This document shows, in pieces, positions 18,112-28,788 of a stretch of DNA of 64,000 nt. The position numbers were made by a program, and so were the translations under genes. This DNA is from Myxococcota bacterium. GTDB lineage: Bacteria; Myxococcota; Myxococcia; Myxococcales; Myxococcaceae. Numbering within the stretch: the first letter of the stretch is position 1; each line of letters starts with the position of its first letter. Where the stretch lies: contig JBMORE010000103.1 in NCBI GenBank assembly GCA_049322255.1, positions 1 to 64,000 of the forward strand, read 5' to 3'. Below the pieces are notes generated by a model. That model did no database searches, was not told the DNA's origin, and saw nothing but the letters and a program-made list of their open reading frames with translations.

Positions 18112-20370
18112 TCACGCGGGCGCGACGAAGCGGGCGATGACGCGCTTGAGGCCCACGGTGCCGAACTTCACCGTCAGCTTGGCGTTGGGACCCACCCCGT
18201 CGACCTCGAGAATGACCCCGTCGCCGAACTGGCTGTGCCGCACGCGCATACCGCGCACCTCTCCCTGGCCGGAGAAGTCGCTCGACTGGTCGTAGCTGCG
18301 GTCGACGTAGGGCCCGCTGTCCTCTTCCTCCCGGCGGCGCAAGCGCGGAGGCGTGGGCGGCGGCACATGTCTTCGCTCGACCGCGGGCGGCCCCTCGAGC
18401 CCGAACAGCTCGCGCGGCACCTCGGCGAGGAAACGCGAAGGCGGGTTGAACTTGAGCTCGCCGAAGAGCGAACGACTCTGCGCGAAGGAGAGGAAGAGCC
18501 GGCGCCGCGCCCGGGTGAAGCCGACGTAACAGAGGCGGCGCTCCTCGGCCATGTCCTCCTCCGAGGCCCGCTCGTCGAGGGCCCGGCTGTGGGGGAAAAC
18601 GGTGTCCTCCATGCCGGTGATGAACACCACGTCGAACTCCAGCCCCTTGGCTGCGTGCAGCGTCATCAGCGCCACCCGCCCCCGGCCCACTTCGGTGTCT
18701 GCTTCGCCCACCAGGCTGATGCGCTCCAGGAAGGCTTGCAGCGGCGGCACCTCGACCGCCAGCGCCTCGGCAGTGGGCGGCGGCAGGGAAGCCCGCTGCA
18801 GGTCGAACTCCTGGGCGGCGCCGTAGAGCTCGCGCAGGTTCTCGGCGCGCGTCTGTGCCTCCACCGTCCCCTCGGCCTGGTAGGCCAGCACCATGCCCGT
18901 CTCCTCCAGCATCTTCTCCACCGCGCTGGCGGCGTCGGGAGCGGCCCTGCCAAAGGCATGCAGGCGGTCGACCAGCTCGCGAAACACCGTGAGCCGTTTC
19001 ACCGCCCCGCTGTTCAGCCGCTCCACCCGCTGGGGCAGCTCGATCGCCTCATAGAGCGAGTAACCCTCGGCGGCCGCGTGCGCCGAGAGTCGCTCCACCG
19101 TGGTGTCACCGATTCCGCGCGCGGGCGTGTTGATGACCCGCAACAGGTCGGCATCCGAGCGCGGGTTCACCATCAGCCGCAGGTAGGCCGCCGCGTCCTT
19201 CACCTCGGCGCGCTCGTAGAAGCTCCGCCCCGACACCAGGGTGTAGGGCAGCCGCGAGAGCCGAAAGGCTTCCTCCAGCACACGGCTCTGCGCGTTGGTG
19301 CGGTAGAAGACCGCCATCTGGTCGAGGTCGGCCACGCCCTCGCGACGCAGCTCGGCGCACACCCGGGCGACCGCCTGCCCCTCGTCTCGTTCGTCGCGGT
19401 GAATGAGCAGCGCCAGCGGCTCTCCGCGCGGACGCTCGCTGAAGAGCTTCTTGGGCATGCGCCGGCGGTTTTTGGAGATGACCGCGTGCGCCGCCTCGAG
19501 AATGGTTTGGTCCGAGCGGTAGTTCTGCTCCAGCTTCACCACCGTGGTGCCGGGGTAGTCGCTCTGGAAGTTGAGAATGTTGTCCACCTCCGCTCCCCGC
19601 CAGCGGTAGATGGACTGGTCGTCGTCGCCCACCACCGCCAGGTTGGAGCCCGGCGGTGAAAGCAGGCGCAGCAGCTCGTACTGCACCGGGTTGGTGTCTT
19701 GAAACTCGTCGACCAGCACGTGCTCGAAGCGATTCTGGTACTTGCGGCGCACCGCCTCGTTCTTGCGCAACAGCTCGACGAGCAAAAGCAAGAGGTCGCC
19801 GAAGTCCACCGCGTTCGCCGCGCGCAAGAGCCGCTGGTAGGCGCGGTAGACCTTGAGCGCCAGCGCTGCCTTCGGCTCGTACCCTTCGACGCGCACCTGG
19901 TCAGGCAGACGGCCCGCGTTCTTGTGCTGGTCGATGCGGGTGAGCATCTCGCGCGGGGTGACTTGGAGGAGGTCGACGTTCACCTCTTTGATCGCCCGGC
20001 GCACCAACTGCAGCTGGTCGGCGTCGTCGTAGATGACGAAGGAGCGGCTCAGCCCGGCGCCTTCTGCCTCCCGACGAAGAATCATCGCCGCCGCCGAGTG
20101 GAAGGTGGACACCGTGAGGTCGCTCGCCCGCGGGCCGAGCAGCTGCAACAACCGCTCGTGCATCTCCCGGGCAGCCTTGTTGGTGAAGGTGACGGCGAGA
20201 ATGCGCCAAGGAGCGACGTCGCGCTCTTGCACCAAGTGGGCGATGCGCCGGGTGATGACGCGCGTCTTGCCCGAGCCTGCTCCGGCCAAGATGAGGAGCG
20301 CCCCCTCGCCGTGCAGCACCGCTTCACGCTGAGGCGGATTGAGGTCATCGAGCAGGGCAGAAGTTTCCAC
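18112..20370 (-). CDS. pcrA: ATP-dependent DNA helicase UvrD/PcrA
   Basis: LNPPQ, AGAGSGKT, TFTNKAA, DEFQDTN, GDDDQSIY, LEQNYRS, TLHAAKGLEF; Tudor-like tail; GTG start inferred. Confidence 0.93.
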   Translation of the reverse strand: METSALLDDLNPPQREAVLHGEGALLILAGAGSGKTRVITRRIAHLVQERDVAPWRILAVTFTNKAAREMHERLLQLLGPRASDLTVSTFHSAAAMILRREAEGAGLSRSFVIYDDADQLQLVRRAIKEVNVDLLQVTPREMLTRIDQHKNAGRLPDQVRVEGYEPKAALALKVYRAYQRLLRAANAVDFGDLLLLLVELLRKNEAVRRKYQNRFEHVLVDEFQDTNPVQYELLRLLSPPGSNLAVVGDDDQSIYRWRGAEVDNILNFQSDYPGTTVVKLEQNYRSDQTILEAAHAVISKNRRRMPKKLFSERPRGEPLALLIHRDERDEGQAVARVCAELRREGVADLDQMAVFYRTNAQSRVLEEAFRLSRLPYTLVSGRSFYERAEVKDAAAYLRLMVNPRSDADLLRVINTPARGIGDTTVERLSAHAAAEGYSLYEAIELPQRVERLNSGAVKRLTVFRELVDRLHAFGRAAPDAASAVEKMLEETGMVLAYQAEGTVEAQTRAENLRELYGAAQEFDLQRASLPPPTAEALAVEVPPLQAFLERISLVGEADTEVGRGRVALMTLHAAKGLEFDVVFITGMEDTVFPHSRALDERASEEDMAEERRLCYVGFTRARRRLFLSFAQSRSLFGELKFNPPSRFLAEVPRELFGLEGPPAVERRHVPPPTPPRLRRREEEDSGPYVDRSYDQSSDFSGQGEVRGMRVRHSQFGDGVILEVDGVGPNAKLTVKFGTVGLKRVIARFVAPA

Positions 20371-20453
20371 GGGCGGCTTGTTCTCAGCGTTCCTCCTCTT
20401 CGTCAACCGCCAAGGGGCCTCGAAACCAGCCAGGGTGACGTAAGGTGGGGGGC

Positions 20454-20921
20454 ATGGCTGAACCATCCCGTCCCACTCCCGAGCAACTCCGCCGCTACGC
20501 CGAGCAGTTCACCCATAGCCGGGTGCTGCGCTACTTCGGCCTCACCATCTCTTTCCCCGACGGCGACACCGTGCAGGTGGACCTCGATCCGCTTCGCCCC
20601 GAGCACCGGGGCGGCCTGGGCACCGACGCAGTGAACGGCGGGGTGCTCGCCGCGATCTTCGACCTGGCCATCGGCTGCACCCCGGCGCTGCTCGACCCTT
20701 CGCGCCGCACCGCCACCGTGCAGCTATCGATGAGCTTCATGCGCCCGGTGACGGGTGCTCGCCTGCGCGCGCTGGCCCGAATCGACCGTGCGGGCGAGGT
20801 GATGCTCTTTTCCTCTGCCCAAATCCTCGACGAGAAGGGCGAGGTCTGCGCGGTGTGCCAAGGCGTGGTGCGGATAAGCAAGCTGCGCTGGGAATCGGGA
20901 GACAGCCCCGCGGTCATTTAG
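20454..20921 (+). CDS. PaaI-family thioesterase
   Basis: VNGGVLAAIFD...TATVQLSMSFMRP hotdog motif. Confidence 0.85.
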   Translation: MAEPSRPTPEQLRRYAEQFTHSRVLRYFGLTISFPDGDTVQVDLDPLRPEHRGGLGTDAVNGGVLAAIFDLAIGCTPALLDPSRRTATVQLSMSFMRPVTGARLRALARIDRAGEVMLFSSAQILDEKGEVCAVCQGVVRISKLRWESGDSPAVI

Positions 20922-20927
20922 CGCCCG

Positions 20928-22109
20928 TTAGCGCAAGCTTCTGCAATCGGCCGCGCAGCCATCGCCGCCCTGAGCGTTCCCGTCGTCGCACACCTCGCCG
21001 CCGTCGAGCACGCCGTCGCCGCAGCGGGGAACGACGCAGGTCTTTCGGCAAAAGGTAGAGGTGTCGAACGCCTCGATGGTGATGGGCTCACCGATGGCCA
21101 GCGGAATGCGGGCGAGGTCGTGCCGCACCCAGCCCCACGCGGTGATTCCCTGGAGGAAACGCGCCGTGGCGGTGACTTTCCACGTTCCCGGGAAAGGCAG
21201 CCCGCCGAGCGCGCCGCCGTCGGAATTCTGGAGAAACCACCAACGTCCCTCGGCGGTGGTGCTCCCGGTGGCGCGAAACTCGCCTGGGTCGTCGGAGAGG
21301 TCGACGGTGAAGCCCGGTGGAATTCCAGTGATGTCCATCTCCACCCGCGCCTCTGGCTGAGGCCGCCCGCTGGAGTCGAAGTCGATGCCGTGGGTCACCA
21401 CCAGGCTGAGCCGTCCCGTACGCGCGTCGACGAAGAGATAGATACGGCTCTCTCCCACCTGTTCGAAGCCGGTGTGCGAGCTGGCCGAGCGGTAGTCGTA
21501 CGATTCCGACGACGTCTGTGAGCGCACCACCGGATTGGTGCCGACCTTCAGGCCCGAGGGTTGGGTGACGAGAAAAGCCGGGCGGTCTCCGTTGTTCGGA
21601 CCCAGGTCGCACTCCTCGGAGCCCTCACGCACGCCGTCGCCACACACCGGAAGCCCACAGGAGTTGTCGCAAGCGTCATCGTCGACTTCATTGCCGTCAT
21701 CGCACTCTTCAACGCCGCGCTGTACGACGCCGTCGCCGCAGCGGGCCAACAGACAACTTGAGAGACACGCATCGCCGTCGTCGGTGTTTCCGTCGTCACA
21801 CTCCTCGTTGGCCGCGCGCACTCCATCGTCGCAACCTGGCAGGCCGCAGCGGCTCGAGCAGCCGTCACCATCGACGAGGTTGCCGTCGTCACAGGCTTCC
21901 ACTCCACGCCGAACGAACCCATCGCCGCATTTTGCGAGGACGCAGCGGATGCAACCGTCGGTGGAGTCGGCGTTGGCGTCGTCGCACTCTTCAGCACCAC
22001 TCACTTCGCCATCGCCGCACACCGGCAGAGGGGACGGCTCGACCTGACGGTCAAAGACCATCGTGCGGCCGCACCCTGCGGCCAAGAGGAGCACCCAGGC
22101 GACGCGCAT
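20928..22109 (-). CDS. Myxococcus Cys-rich repeat (DUF4215-like) lipoprotein
   Basis: Lipobox LAAGC; six CGDGxxxxxEx-CDDGN-type repeats. Confidence 0.88.
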   Translation of the reverse strand: MRVAWVLLLAAGCGRTMVFDRQVEPSPLPVCGDGEVSGAEECDDANADSTDGCIRCVLAKCGDGFVRRGVEACDDGNLVDGDGCSSRCGLPGCDDGVRAANEECDDGNTDDGDACLSSCLLARCGDGVVQRGVEECDDGNEVDDDACDNSCGLPVCGDGVREGSEECDLGPNNGDRPAFLVTQPSGLKVGTNPVVRSQTSSESYDYRSASSHTGFEQVGESRIYLFVDARTGRLSLVVTHGIDFDSSGRPQPEARVEMDITGIPPGFTVDLSDDPGEFRATGSTTAEGRWWFLQNSDGGALGGLPFPGTWKVTATARFLQGITAWGWVRHDLARIPLAIGEPITIEAFDTSTFCRKTCVVPRCGDGVLDGGEVCDDGNAQGGDGCAADCRSLR

Positions 22110-22169
22110 CGCTCGCACTATAACGCTCTCCCCCTGAGGTCCTCGGGTGGAGGGCGGTATGCTCTGTGC

Positions 22170-23816
22170 GTGCTTCGGGTGATTCCCCTGGGCGGACTGG
22201 GAGAGATCGGCCTCAACGCGATGGCGTTCGAGTCGCGCGGGGAGCTGCTTCTCGTCGACTGCGGCCTGATGTTTCCCCCCGCACACCACAGCGGCGTCGA
22301 GCTGGTGCTGCCCGACTTCACCTTCCTGCGTGAAAACCGCGCTCGCCTACGCGGGGTAGTGCTCACCCACGGGCACGAGGACCACGTGGGCGCCCTGCCC
22401 TTTCTCTTACGCGAGCTCGCCGCACCGGTGTACGGCACCCGGCTCACCCTGGGGTTGGTCGCCCGGCGCCTGGAGGAATGGGGCGTCGCTGCCGAGCTCA
22501 AGGAAATCTCCCCGCGCACCCCCTTCCCCGTGGGCAGCGCCTTCGTGGTCGAAGCGATGCGGGTGACACACTCGATTCCCGACGGAGTGGCGCTGGCCGT
22601 TCGCACCGCGGAGGAGCTGGTCGTGCATACCGGCGACTTCAAGCTCGACGGAGCGCCCATCGACGGCCGGCCCACCGACCTGGAGCGGCTGGGAGAGCTC
22701 GGCGAGGAGGGCGTGAGCTGCCTCCTTTCCGATTCGACCAACGCCGAGGTGGAGGAGGACGCAGGCTCGGAGCGTCGCGTGGCCGAGGCGCTCGACCGGC
22801 TCATGGCCGGCGCCGGGGGCCGTGTCATCGTCACGCTCTTCGCCTCCAACCTGCACCGGGTACAGACGCTCCTGGACCTCGCCTTGCGCCATGGGCGCAA
22901 GGTGGTGCTCACCGGCCGCAGCATGCAGCGCAACGTCGAGCTGGCCCGCTCGCTCGACTTCCTCCGCGTGCCCGAGGCGCTCATCGTCCCTACCGAGCAC
23001 CTCGGGCAGCTCCACCCCGCCCAAGCGCTGGTGCTCACCACCGGCGCCCAGGCCGAGCCGCGCTCCGCCCTGGTCCAGATGACCAGCGACGAGGCGGGCG
23101 ATCTGCGCGTGCAAGCCGGCGACCTGGTGGTCTTCAGCTCGCGCACCATCCCAGGGAACGAGCGCGCGGTGTCGGCGCTTCTCGATCGGCTGCTCGCTCG
23201 GGGAGTGAAGGTGGCGTACGCAGCGGTTGAGCCCGACGTCCACGTCTCGGGTCACGCGGGGCGCGGCGAGCTGCGGCGAATGATTCACACCGTCCGTCCG
23301 AAGAGCTTCGTGCCCATCCACGGAGAGCTGCACCACCTCCACCAGCACTTGGAGCTCGCCCGCAAAACCCAAGTGCCCACCGGGCTCCTGCTCGCGCGCG
23401 ATGGCGACGTCATTGCCCTCGAGGAGAACCGAATTCGGATGGACGGGCGCGTTCCGGTGGGGCGCGTGCACCTTGACCGCTACGGCGGAGGAATCCTCGA
23501 TACCACGGCCCTGGAGGAGCGCTCGCGGCTCGCCGAGCTGGGGCTGGTGATGGCAGTGGTGGTGCTCGAGCGTTCGACGGGCGCGCTGGCAAGCAGGGTG
23601 CGGCTCTCCGCGAAAGGCACCGGCGCGGACGAAGCGGCGCTCTTGACCTCTGCGGCCGACGAGGCAGAGGTCCAGCTGCTCGCGCTCTCCGCATCAGTGC
23701 GGGCCGACGAGGCGCTGGTGAGCGAGACGGTGACCCGCGCGGTACGACAGGTGTTCAAGGCGCGTACGGGCAAGCGCCCAGCGGTGAGCGTCATGGTGGT
23801 GAAAGTCCCTCCGTGA
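22170..23816 (+). CDS. rnj: Ribonuclease J
   Basis: PLGGLGEIGLN, THGHEDH, HTGDFK, SDSTNA, HVSGH, PIHGE. Confidence 0.93.
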   Translation: MLRVIPLGGLGEIGLNAMAFESRGELLLVDCGLMFPPAHHSGVELVLPDFTFLRENRARLRGVVLTHGHEDHVGALPFLLRELAAPVYGTRLTLGLVARRLEEWGVAAELKEISPRTPFPVGSAFVVEAMRVTHSIPDGVALAVRTAEELVVHTGDFKLDGAPIDGRPTDLERLGELGEEGVSCLLSDSTNAEVEEDAGSERRVAEALDRLMAGAGGRVIVTLFASNLHRVQTLLDLALRHGRKVVLTGRSMQRNVELARSLDFLRVPEALIVPTEHLGQLHPAQALVLTTGAQAEPRSALVQMTSDEAGDLRVQAGDLVVFSSRTIPGNERAVSALLDRLLARGVKVAYAAVEPDVHVSGHAGRGELRRMIHTVRPKSFVPIHGELHHLHQHLELARKTQVPTGLLLARDGDVIALEENRIRMDGRVPVGRVHLDRYGGGILDTTALEERSRLAELGLVMAVVVLERSTGALASRVRLSAKGTGADEAALLTSAADEAEVQLLALSASVRADEALVSETVTRAVRQVFKARTGKRPAVSVMVVKVPP

Positions 23817-23865
23817 GGGCCTCAACGTGCGACGGGCGCCCAAGCTGTGGTAGGCAGCCCGCGCC

Positions 23866-24363
23866 ATGCCGTCTTTCGACGTCGTCTCGAAAATAAATCT
23901 CCAAGAGCTCGACAACGCGGTCAACCAGACCAAGAAGGAGATCTCCACCCGCTACGACTTCCAGGGCACCCACACCGAGGTGAACCTGGCGGAGGACCGG
24001 GCGAGCGTTCTCCTCAGGTCGGAAAGTGAAGGCAGACTCGACGCCGCCTACGACGTATTGCAAAGCAAGTTCGTCAAGCGCGGCATCTCACTGCGCTGCA
24101 TGACCCGGGGCGAGTTGGACAAGGCGGCGCTGGGCCACGTGAAGCAGTCGGTGGCGCTGCAGCAGGGCATTCCCATCGAGAAGGCGCGCGAGCTGGTGAA
24201 GCTGCTCAAGGAATCGAAAATCAAAGCGCAGGCGCAGATTCAGGGCGATGAGTTACGCGTGAGCGGTAAGAACAAGGACGACCTCCAGGCAGTCATCGCC
24301 CTCTTTCGTGGCCAGCAAGACAAGCTGAACCTCGACATGCAGTTCACCAATTTCCGGGACTGA
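23866..24363 (+). CDS. yajQ: YajQ-family nucleotide-binding protein
   Basis: MPSFDVVS...RYDF...[16 protein letters not shown]...QFTNFRD. Confidence 0.93.
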   Translation: MPSFDVVSKINLQELDNAVNQTKKEISTRYDFQGTHTEVNLAEDRASVLLRSESEGRLDAAYDVLQSKFVKRGISLRCMTRGELDKAALGHVKQSVALQQGIPIEKARELVKLLKESKIKAQAQIQGDELRVSGKNKDDLQAVIALFRGQQDKLNLDMQFTNFRD

Positions 24364-25775
24364 TGCGGCGGGCCGTGAAGAAGAAATCGCTCTACATGAT
24401 GACGCTGGGCTGCCCGAAGAACCGGGTGGACTCGGAGGTGATGCTGGGCACGCTGGCGCAGCGGGGCTACGCGCTGGTGCAAGACCCCGCCACTGCCGAG
24501 GTCATCGTCGTCAACACTTGCTCGTTCATCGGCCCGGCCAAGCAGGAGTCGGTGGACAACATTCTCCAGCTCGCCGAGCACAAGAAGACGGGTGCCTGCC
24601 AAACCCTGGTGGTCACCGGGTGCCTGTCGCAGCGCTACGCGCCCGAGCTGGAAAAAGAGCTCCCCGAGGTCGACCACTTTCTCGGCACCTCGGCGTACGC
24701 GCAGATCGGCGACTTGTTGGCGGCGGAGGCCAGCCCGCGGCAGGTCGTTCCCGATCCCGATTACATTCACGACGCCGCCACCCCGCGCATCAACTCTCTG
24801 CCCGGGTACACCGCGTACGTGAAAATCTCCGAGGGCTGCGACAACGCCTGTGCTTTTTGCATCATCCCCACGCTGCGGGGGGCGCAACGCTCGCGGCCGG
24901 TGGCCGACGTCGTGGCCGAGGCGCAAGCACTCGCCGAAGCCGGGGCGGTCGAGCTCAACCTGGTGGCGCAAGACCTCACCGCCTACGGGTACGACCTTCC
25001 CGGCCGCCCCAAGCTGCACCAACTGTTGCGGGAGCTGGCCCAGGTCGACGTGCGGTGGATTCGTCTGCACTACGCCTACCCGCGGGTGTTCCCCGACGAG
25101 CTCATCGAGGTGATGGCGACGGAGAAGAAAATAGCCAAGTACCTCGACATGCCGCTGCAGCACGCCTCGGACAAGCTCCTTGCCTCGATGAAGCGCGGCC
25201 GCGACTCCCAGTTCCTCGTCGAGCTTTTGGCGAAAATCCGCGCGCGGGTGAGCGGGCTCACCTTCCGCACCTCGCTCATCGTCGGGCTGCCCGGGGAGAC
25301 CGAGGAGGACTTCGAGCTGCTCAAAGACTTCGTGCGCACCCAGCGCTTCGAGCGCATGGGCTGCTTCCAGTACTCCGACGAGGAGGGCACCGCGGCGTAC
25401 GAGATGCCGAACAAAGTGCCCAAGAAGACCATCGAGAAGCGGTGGCGCGAGGTGATGGCGATTCAAAAGCGCATCAACCGCGAGCTCAACCAGACGCTCA
25501 TCGGAAAGAGGCTCGAGGTGCTGGTGGAGGGTGCCAGCCCCGAGAGTGAGCACCTTTTGGTCGGCCGGCACGAGGGACAGGCGCCGGAAATCGACGGACA
25601 GGTGTACATCAACGACGGCTTGGCGTACCCGGGCGAGCTGGTGACGGTCGAAGTGACCGAGGCGCACGACTACGACGTGGTGGCGCGCATCGTCGAGCGG
25701 CCGGATCCAAAAAAGCGAGCGCATCGGCCTCGGGTCGCGCCGCCGAACCCTCCCACCTGGACAGCCCCGCGGTAG
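24363..25775 (+). CDS. rimO: Ribosomal protein S12 methylthiotransferase
   Basis: [40 protein letters not shown]. Confidence 0.95.
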   Translation: MRRAVKKKSLYMMTLGCPKNRVDSEVMLGTLAQRGYALVQDPATAEVIVVNTCSFIGPAKQESVDNILQLAEHKKTGACQTLVVTGCLSQRYAPELEKELPEVDHFLGTSAYAQIGDLLAAEASPRQVVPDPDYIHDAATPRINSLPGYTAYVKISEGCDNACAFCIIPTLRGAQRSRPVADVVAEAQALAEAGAVELNLVAQDLTAYGYDLPGRPKLHQLLRELAQVDVRWIRLHYAYPRVFPDELIEVMATEKKIAKYLDMPLQHASDKLLASMKRGRDSQFLVELLAKIRARVSGLTFRTSLIVGLPGETEEDFELLKDFVRTQRFERMGCFQYSDEEGTAAYEMPNKVPKKTIEKRWREVMAIQKRINRELNQTLIGKRLEVLVEGASPESEHLLVGRHEGQAPEIDGQVYINDGLAYPGELVTVEVTEAHDYDVVARIVERPDPKKRAHRPRVAPPNPPTWTAPR

Positions 25776-25780
25776 ACCCC

Positions 25781-27013
25781 TCAGCCCGCCAGGTTCGTCA
25801 CGCCCACCTTGCGCGCTGGCACGAAGGTGCGGACCGGGTCGGCCTTCCCCTTCACCGCCATGGTTCCCGCTTCGTGGAAGTCGAATCGAGCCGCTGCCCT
25901 TTCCTTGGTCGCAGCCGAGACGAGCACCGGCACCCCTTGTACCTTCGTCAGGCTCTCCATGCGCGAGGCGAGATTCACCGCGTCGCCGATGGCGGTGTAC
26001 TCCCGGCGTAGATCGCTGCCCACGTCACCCACCACCACGCTTCCGGAGTGGATTCCCACCCCCATTCGCAGGGGCCCTTCCCCGCGGGCCGTGCGCCGCT
26101 GGTTGAGGCGCTCGAGCGCGTCCACCATGTCGAGGGCGCAAGCCACCGCCCGTTCGGCGTGGTCGGGCTGCGGCAACGGCGCGCCGAAGTACGCCATGAT
26201 GCCGTCGCCCATGAACTTGTCGAGCGTGCCCCCGTGGCGGAAAACGACCGACACCATTTCGCTCAAGTACTCGTTCAAGAACGCCACCACCTGCGCGCTC
26301 TCGAGTTTTTCCGACAGGGCGGTGAAGTTGCGCAGGTCGGAGAAGAGCAGGGTCACCTCTCGCGTCTCGCCGGCATGCTGCACGTCACCTGAAGAAAGCT
26401 GGAGCAATACCTGAGGGGAAAAGTAACGGCTGAGCCGTTCTCGCTGGGCCACGTCCCGCACCAATCCGACGACCTGGCCCACCACCACCCAGCTCACCGC
26501 TGCAGACAACCCCAGAATCAGCACCGACCCAGCCATCGCCCCGGCGTCGACGTCTGCGCGCCAGAGGATGGTGACCTCGAGCACCGTGGCCACGGCGGCA
26601 GTCACTGCCACGTAGCGACGTTGCAAGGACAGCTGGGTCAAAAGAACCATCAGCGCCAGCACCGCCAAGCTGAACACCGCCACCTGGCCGGGGTTCGGAG
26701 ACACCTCCAGCATGCGGTACTGGATGAACCAGACCATCGGCACGTCCAAAGCCGCGAAGGCGAAGAACGACCAGCGCTGGAAGACCTCGACCCGATGGAC
26801 CATCGCCACCAAGACGGCAGCGGCCCCCGCATACAAGCCGAGGAGCCACGCCACCGAGGCAAGGTCAGGCCGGCTTCCCGTCCGGCCCACCACCAGCGCG
26901 ATGAGAAACCAGACGCCGATTCCCCACAACCGTACCCAGGCCATCGCCTTGGCGTTCTGTGCGCGCCGGGCGGCGAAGTGGCGCGCGAAAAACTCGAAGC
27001 TCGAACTGGTCAT
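25781..27013 (-). CDS. Membrane class III adenylate cyclase
   Basis: About 6 TMs; [34 protein letters not shown]. Confidence 0.92.
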   Translation of the reverse strand: MTSSSFEFFARHFAARRAQNAKAMAWVRLWGIGVWFLIALVVGRTGSRPDLASVAWLLGLYAGAAAVLVAMVHRVEVFQRWSFFAFAALDVPMVWFIQYRMLEVSPNPGQVAVFSLAVLALMVLLTQLSLQRRYVAVTAAVATVLEVTILWRADVDAGAMAGSVLILGLSAAVSWVVVGQVVGLVRDVAQRERLSRYFSPQVLLQLSSGDVQHAGETREVTLLFSDLRNFTALSEKLESAQVVAFLNEYLSEMVSVVFRHGGTLDKFMGDGIMAYFGAPLPQPDHAERAVACALDMVDALERLNQRRTARGEGPLRMGVGIHSGSVVVGDVGSDLRREYTAIGDAVNLASRMESLTKVQGVPVLVSAATKERAAARFDFHEAGTMAVKGKADPVRTFVPARKVGVTNLAG

Positions 27014-27864
27014 TCCTGCTCCTTCGAACCTTCCGACACCAACCCCCGCGGTCGCCGCAGCACCAGGACATTGGAGCCTAAGTCGACGGTGACGTGGAAG
27101 CGTCCCCACACGTCGGCACCCAACACGCCCAAGGCGGTCTGGCTCTCCCAGCCAGGCACCCAGCGCAGCACCACCCGCTCCGCTCCGAGCCCGGGAGCGA
27201 GCTCGACGCGTTCGGCCAAGGTGCCTTGCTCGTCGAAGCGCTCCCCGTTCACGCTCTCCGCCAGCTTCGACTGGGCCTCGGCAGTGGCAAGAATGAACGG
27301 CCCGGTCAGCTGCACACCCGCCTGTTGGATGCGCACGGCCACCAGCGGCCAATCGGCGTGGGGCTCACGGGCGAGCTCGAGGAGCAAAACCTCCTCGCCA
27401 GAGCCTGCCAAGCCCTCGTATGCCTGCCGTGGTTGGCTGGGCCGCAAGGACAGCTCGCGTTTCTCGGGGTCGAGCGTGAGGGCGAAGGGCGCCAGAACGT
27501 CCGAGCCCAAGGTGAGAACACAGGCGTCATCGGGCGCCAATCCCACTCTGCGGGGTGGAAGGTCGACGTCGGCGACGCGCGCTCCGACGAGGTCGACTTC
27601 GGAGAGCGCGCGGTAGGGTCCTTCGGGGGTGGGAACACGCACGGTGGCTCGCGTTTCGAGCGAAGTCTCGAAACAGCCGGTGCTCACCAGGGTCAAGGGA
27701 CTTGCGACCTCGAAGCGGACCTGCGCCGGCGTTTCCGCCACAGCGCCCGCAAGAACGAGCGCCGCTGTGGTGTTCCCCGAAAGGGGCGCGCGCAGCCCAG
27801 CGAGGCTCGTCGCATGCGTCGGCCGCGTCATCCGGGCGCAGCCCAGCAAGAGGAGCACGAGCAT
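27010..27864 (-). CDS. Lipoprotein with degenerate double retropepsin-like fold
   Basis: LLLGC lipobox; two LGxD(V)...D motifs (TLGSDVL...TLD, VLGADVW...TVD); catalytic DTG absent. Confidence 0.55.
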   Translation of the reverse strand: MLVLLLLGCARMTRPTHATSLAGLRAPLSGNTTAALVLAGAVAETPAQVRFEVASPLTLVSTGCFETSLETRATVRVPTPEGPYRALSEVDLVGARVADVDLPPRRVGLAPDDACVLTLGSDVLAPFALTLDPEKRELSLRPSQPRQAYEGLAGSGEEVLLLELAREPHADWPLVAVRIQQAGVQLTGPFILATAEAQSKLAESVNGERFDEQGTLAERVELAPGLGAERVVLRWVPGWESQTALGVLGADVWGRFHVTVDLGSNVLVLRRPRGLVSEGSKEQE

Positions 27865-27873
27865 CACCGCGCC

Positions 27874-27907
27874 CCCTCTCCCTCTGGGAGAGGGTTGGGG
27901 TGAGGGG
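27874..27907 (-). repeat. REP-like palindromic element, copy 1
   Basis: CCCCTCACCCCAACCCTCTCCCAGAGGGAGAGGG on minus strand. Confidence 0.9.
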
Positions 27908-27914
27908 CGCCAGC

Positions 27915-28748
27915 TCACTGCTTCTTCTCTTGCGTCAAATCCTGAATCTGCGTGCCCGGCGGCGGAGCAAGCTTGAAGTATTTTTCGTCGACGCCGACGT
28001 TGGTCTTCATCTCGAGGAAGGAGATGGCGTTCTCGCTCCCGTCAGGGTCGACCACCACGCTCTTGAGCACCCGAGCCGACTGGGGGTCGACCTCCAAACG
28101 CACTTTCTGAAAACGGGGGTCGGGCACCAAGGGGTCGAGCTCGAGCAGCGTGCCCTGGCACTTGGAGCAGCTCACCTGGGTGATGGCGAACTCGTCGGCC
28201 AGCCGGCCCTTGCCCCACAGGAAAGTGACCGACGCCGACAGCTGGCTGGTGGAGATGCTCGCCTTGGTGAGGGTCATCGCCTCCGGGTCGTGCGCGTAGA
28301 CGCGCTCTCCGGCGAGCACGAAGGTCTTGGGCGAGGGCGTCTGGTACTCCCAGCGCATCAGCGCCGGCTTCTTGAAGGTGACTTTTCCGGTCGAAGTCTG
28401 GGTGCGCTTGAAGGCCTTGTACGTGTAGTCCTGCCGGAAAGAGGCGGTGAAGTCTTGGGTCTTCTCGTAGAAGGCCTGCATGCGGTCGACGAGATCCTTC
28501 ACCTCGGGAGCCATCTTGGGCTTCGCCGCCGTCTGCCCCCTCTCCCTCTGGGAGAGGGTTGGGGTGAGGGGCGGCTTCACCGGCTCGCTCTTGGGCTGCA
28601 CAGGCGCCGGCTCGCGCACCACCTCGGCGGGCACGTCGGCGGCCGCCACCTTCACGGGCAACGCCCCGGTCTGCGCATGCATCGCGGGCTGCGACGCGCA
28701 ACCAGCGAGGGAGAGGCACAGCGCAGCAAAGAAGGATTCGAGGAGCAT
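27915..28748 (-). CDS. lolA: LolA-family outer-membrane lipoprotein carrier
   Basis: FTASFRQ...GKVTFKKPALMRWEY..P, GSENAISF, FKLAPPPG. Confidence 0.85.
   Translation of the reverse strand: MLLESFFAALCLSLAGCASQPAMHAQTGALPVKVAAADVPAEVVREPAPVQPKSEPVKPPLTPTLSQRERGQTAAKPKMAPEVKDLVDRMQAFYEKTQDFTASFRQDYTYKAFKRTQTSTGKVTFKKPALMRWEYQTPSPKTFVLAGERVYAHDPEAMTLTKASISTSQLSASVTFLWGKGRLADEFAITQVSCSKCQGTLLELDPLVPDPRFQKVRLEVDPQSARVLKSVVVDPDGSENAISFLEMKTNVGVDEKYFKLAPPPGTQIQDLTQEKKQ
28538..28571 (-). repeat. REP-like palindromic element, copy 2 (in-frame inside lolA)
   Basis: Identical to copy 1; translated as PLTPTLSQRERG. Confidence 0.92.
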
Positions 28749-28788
28749 GGTGGCTTAGACCCTACGACGAAACCGCCCTGAATCGAAT

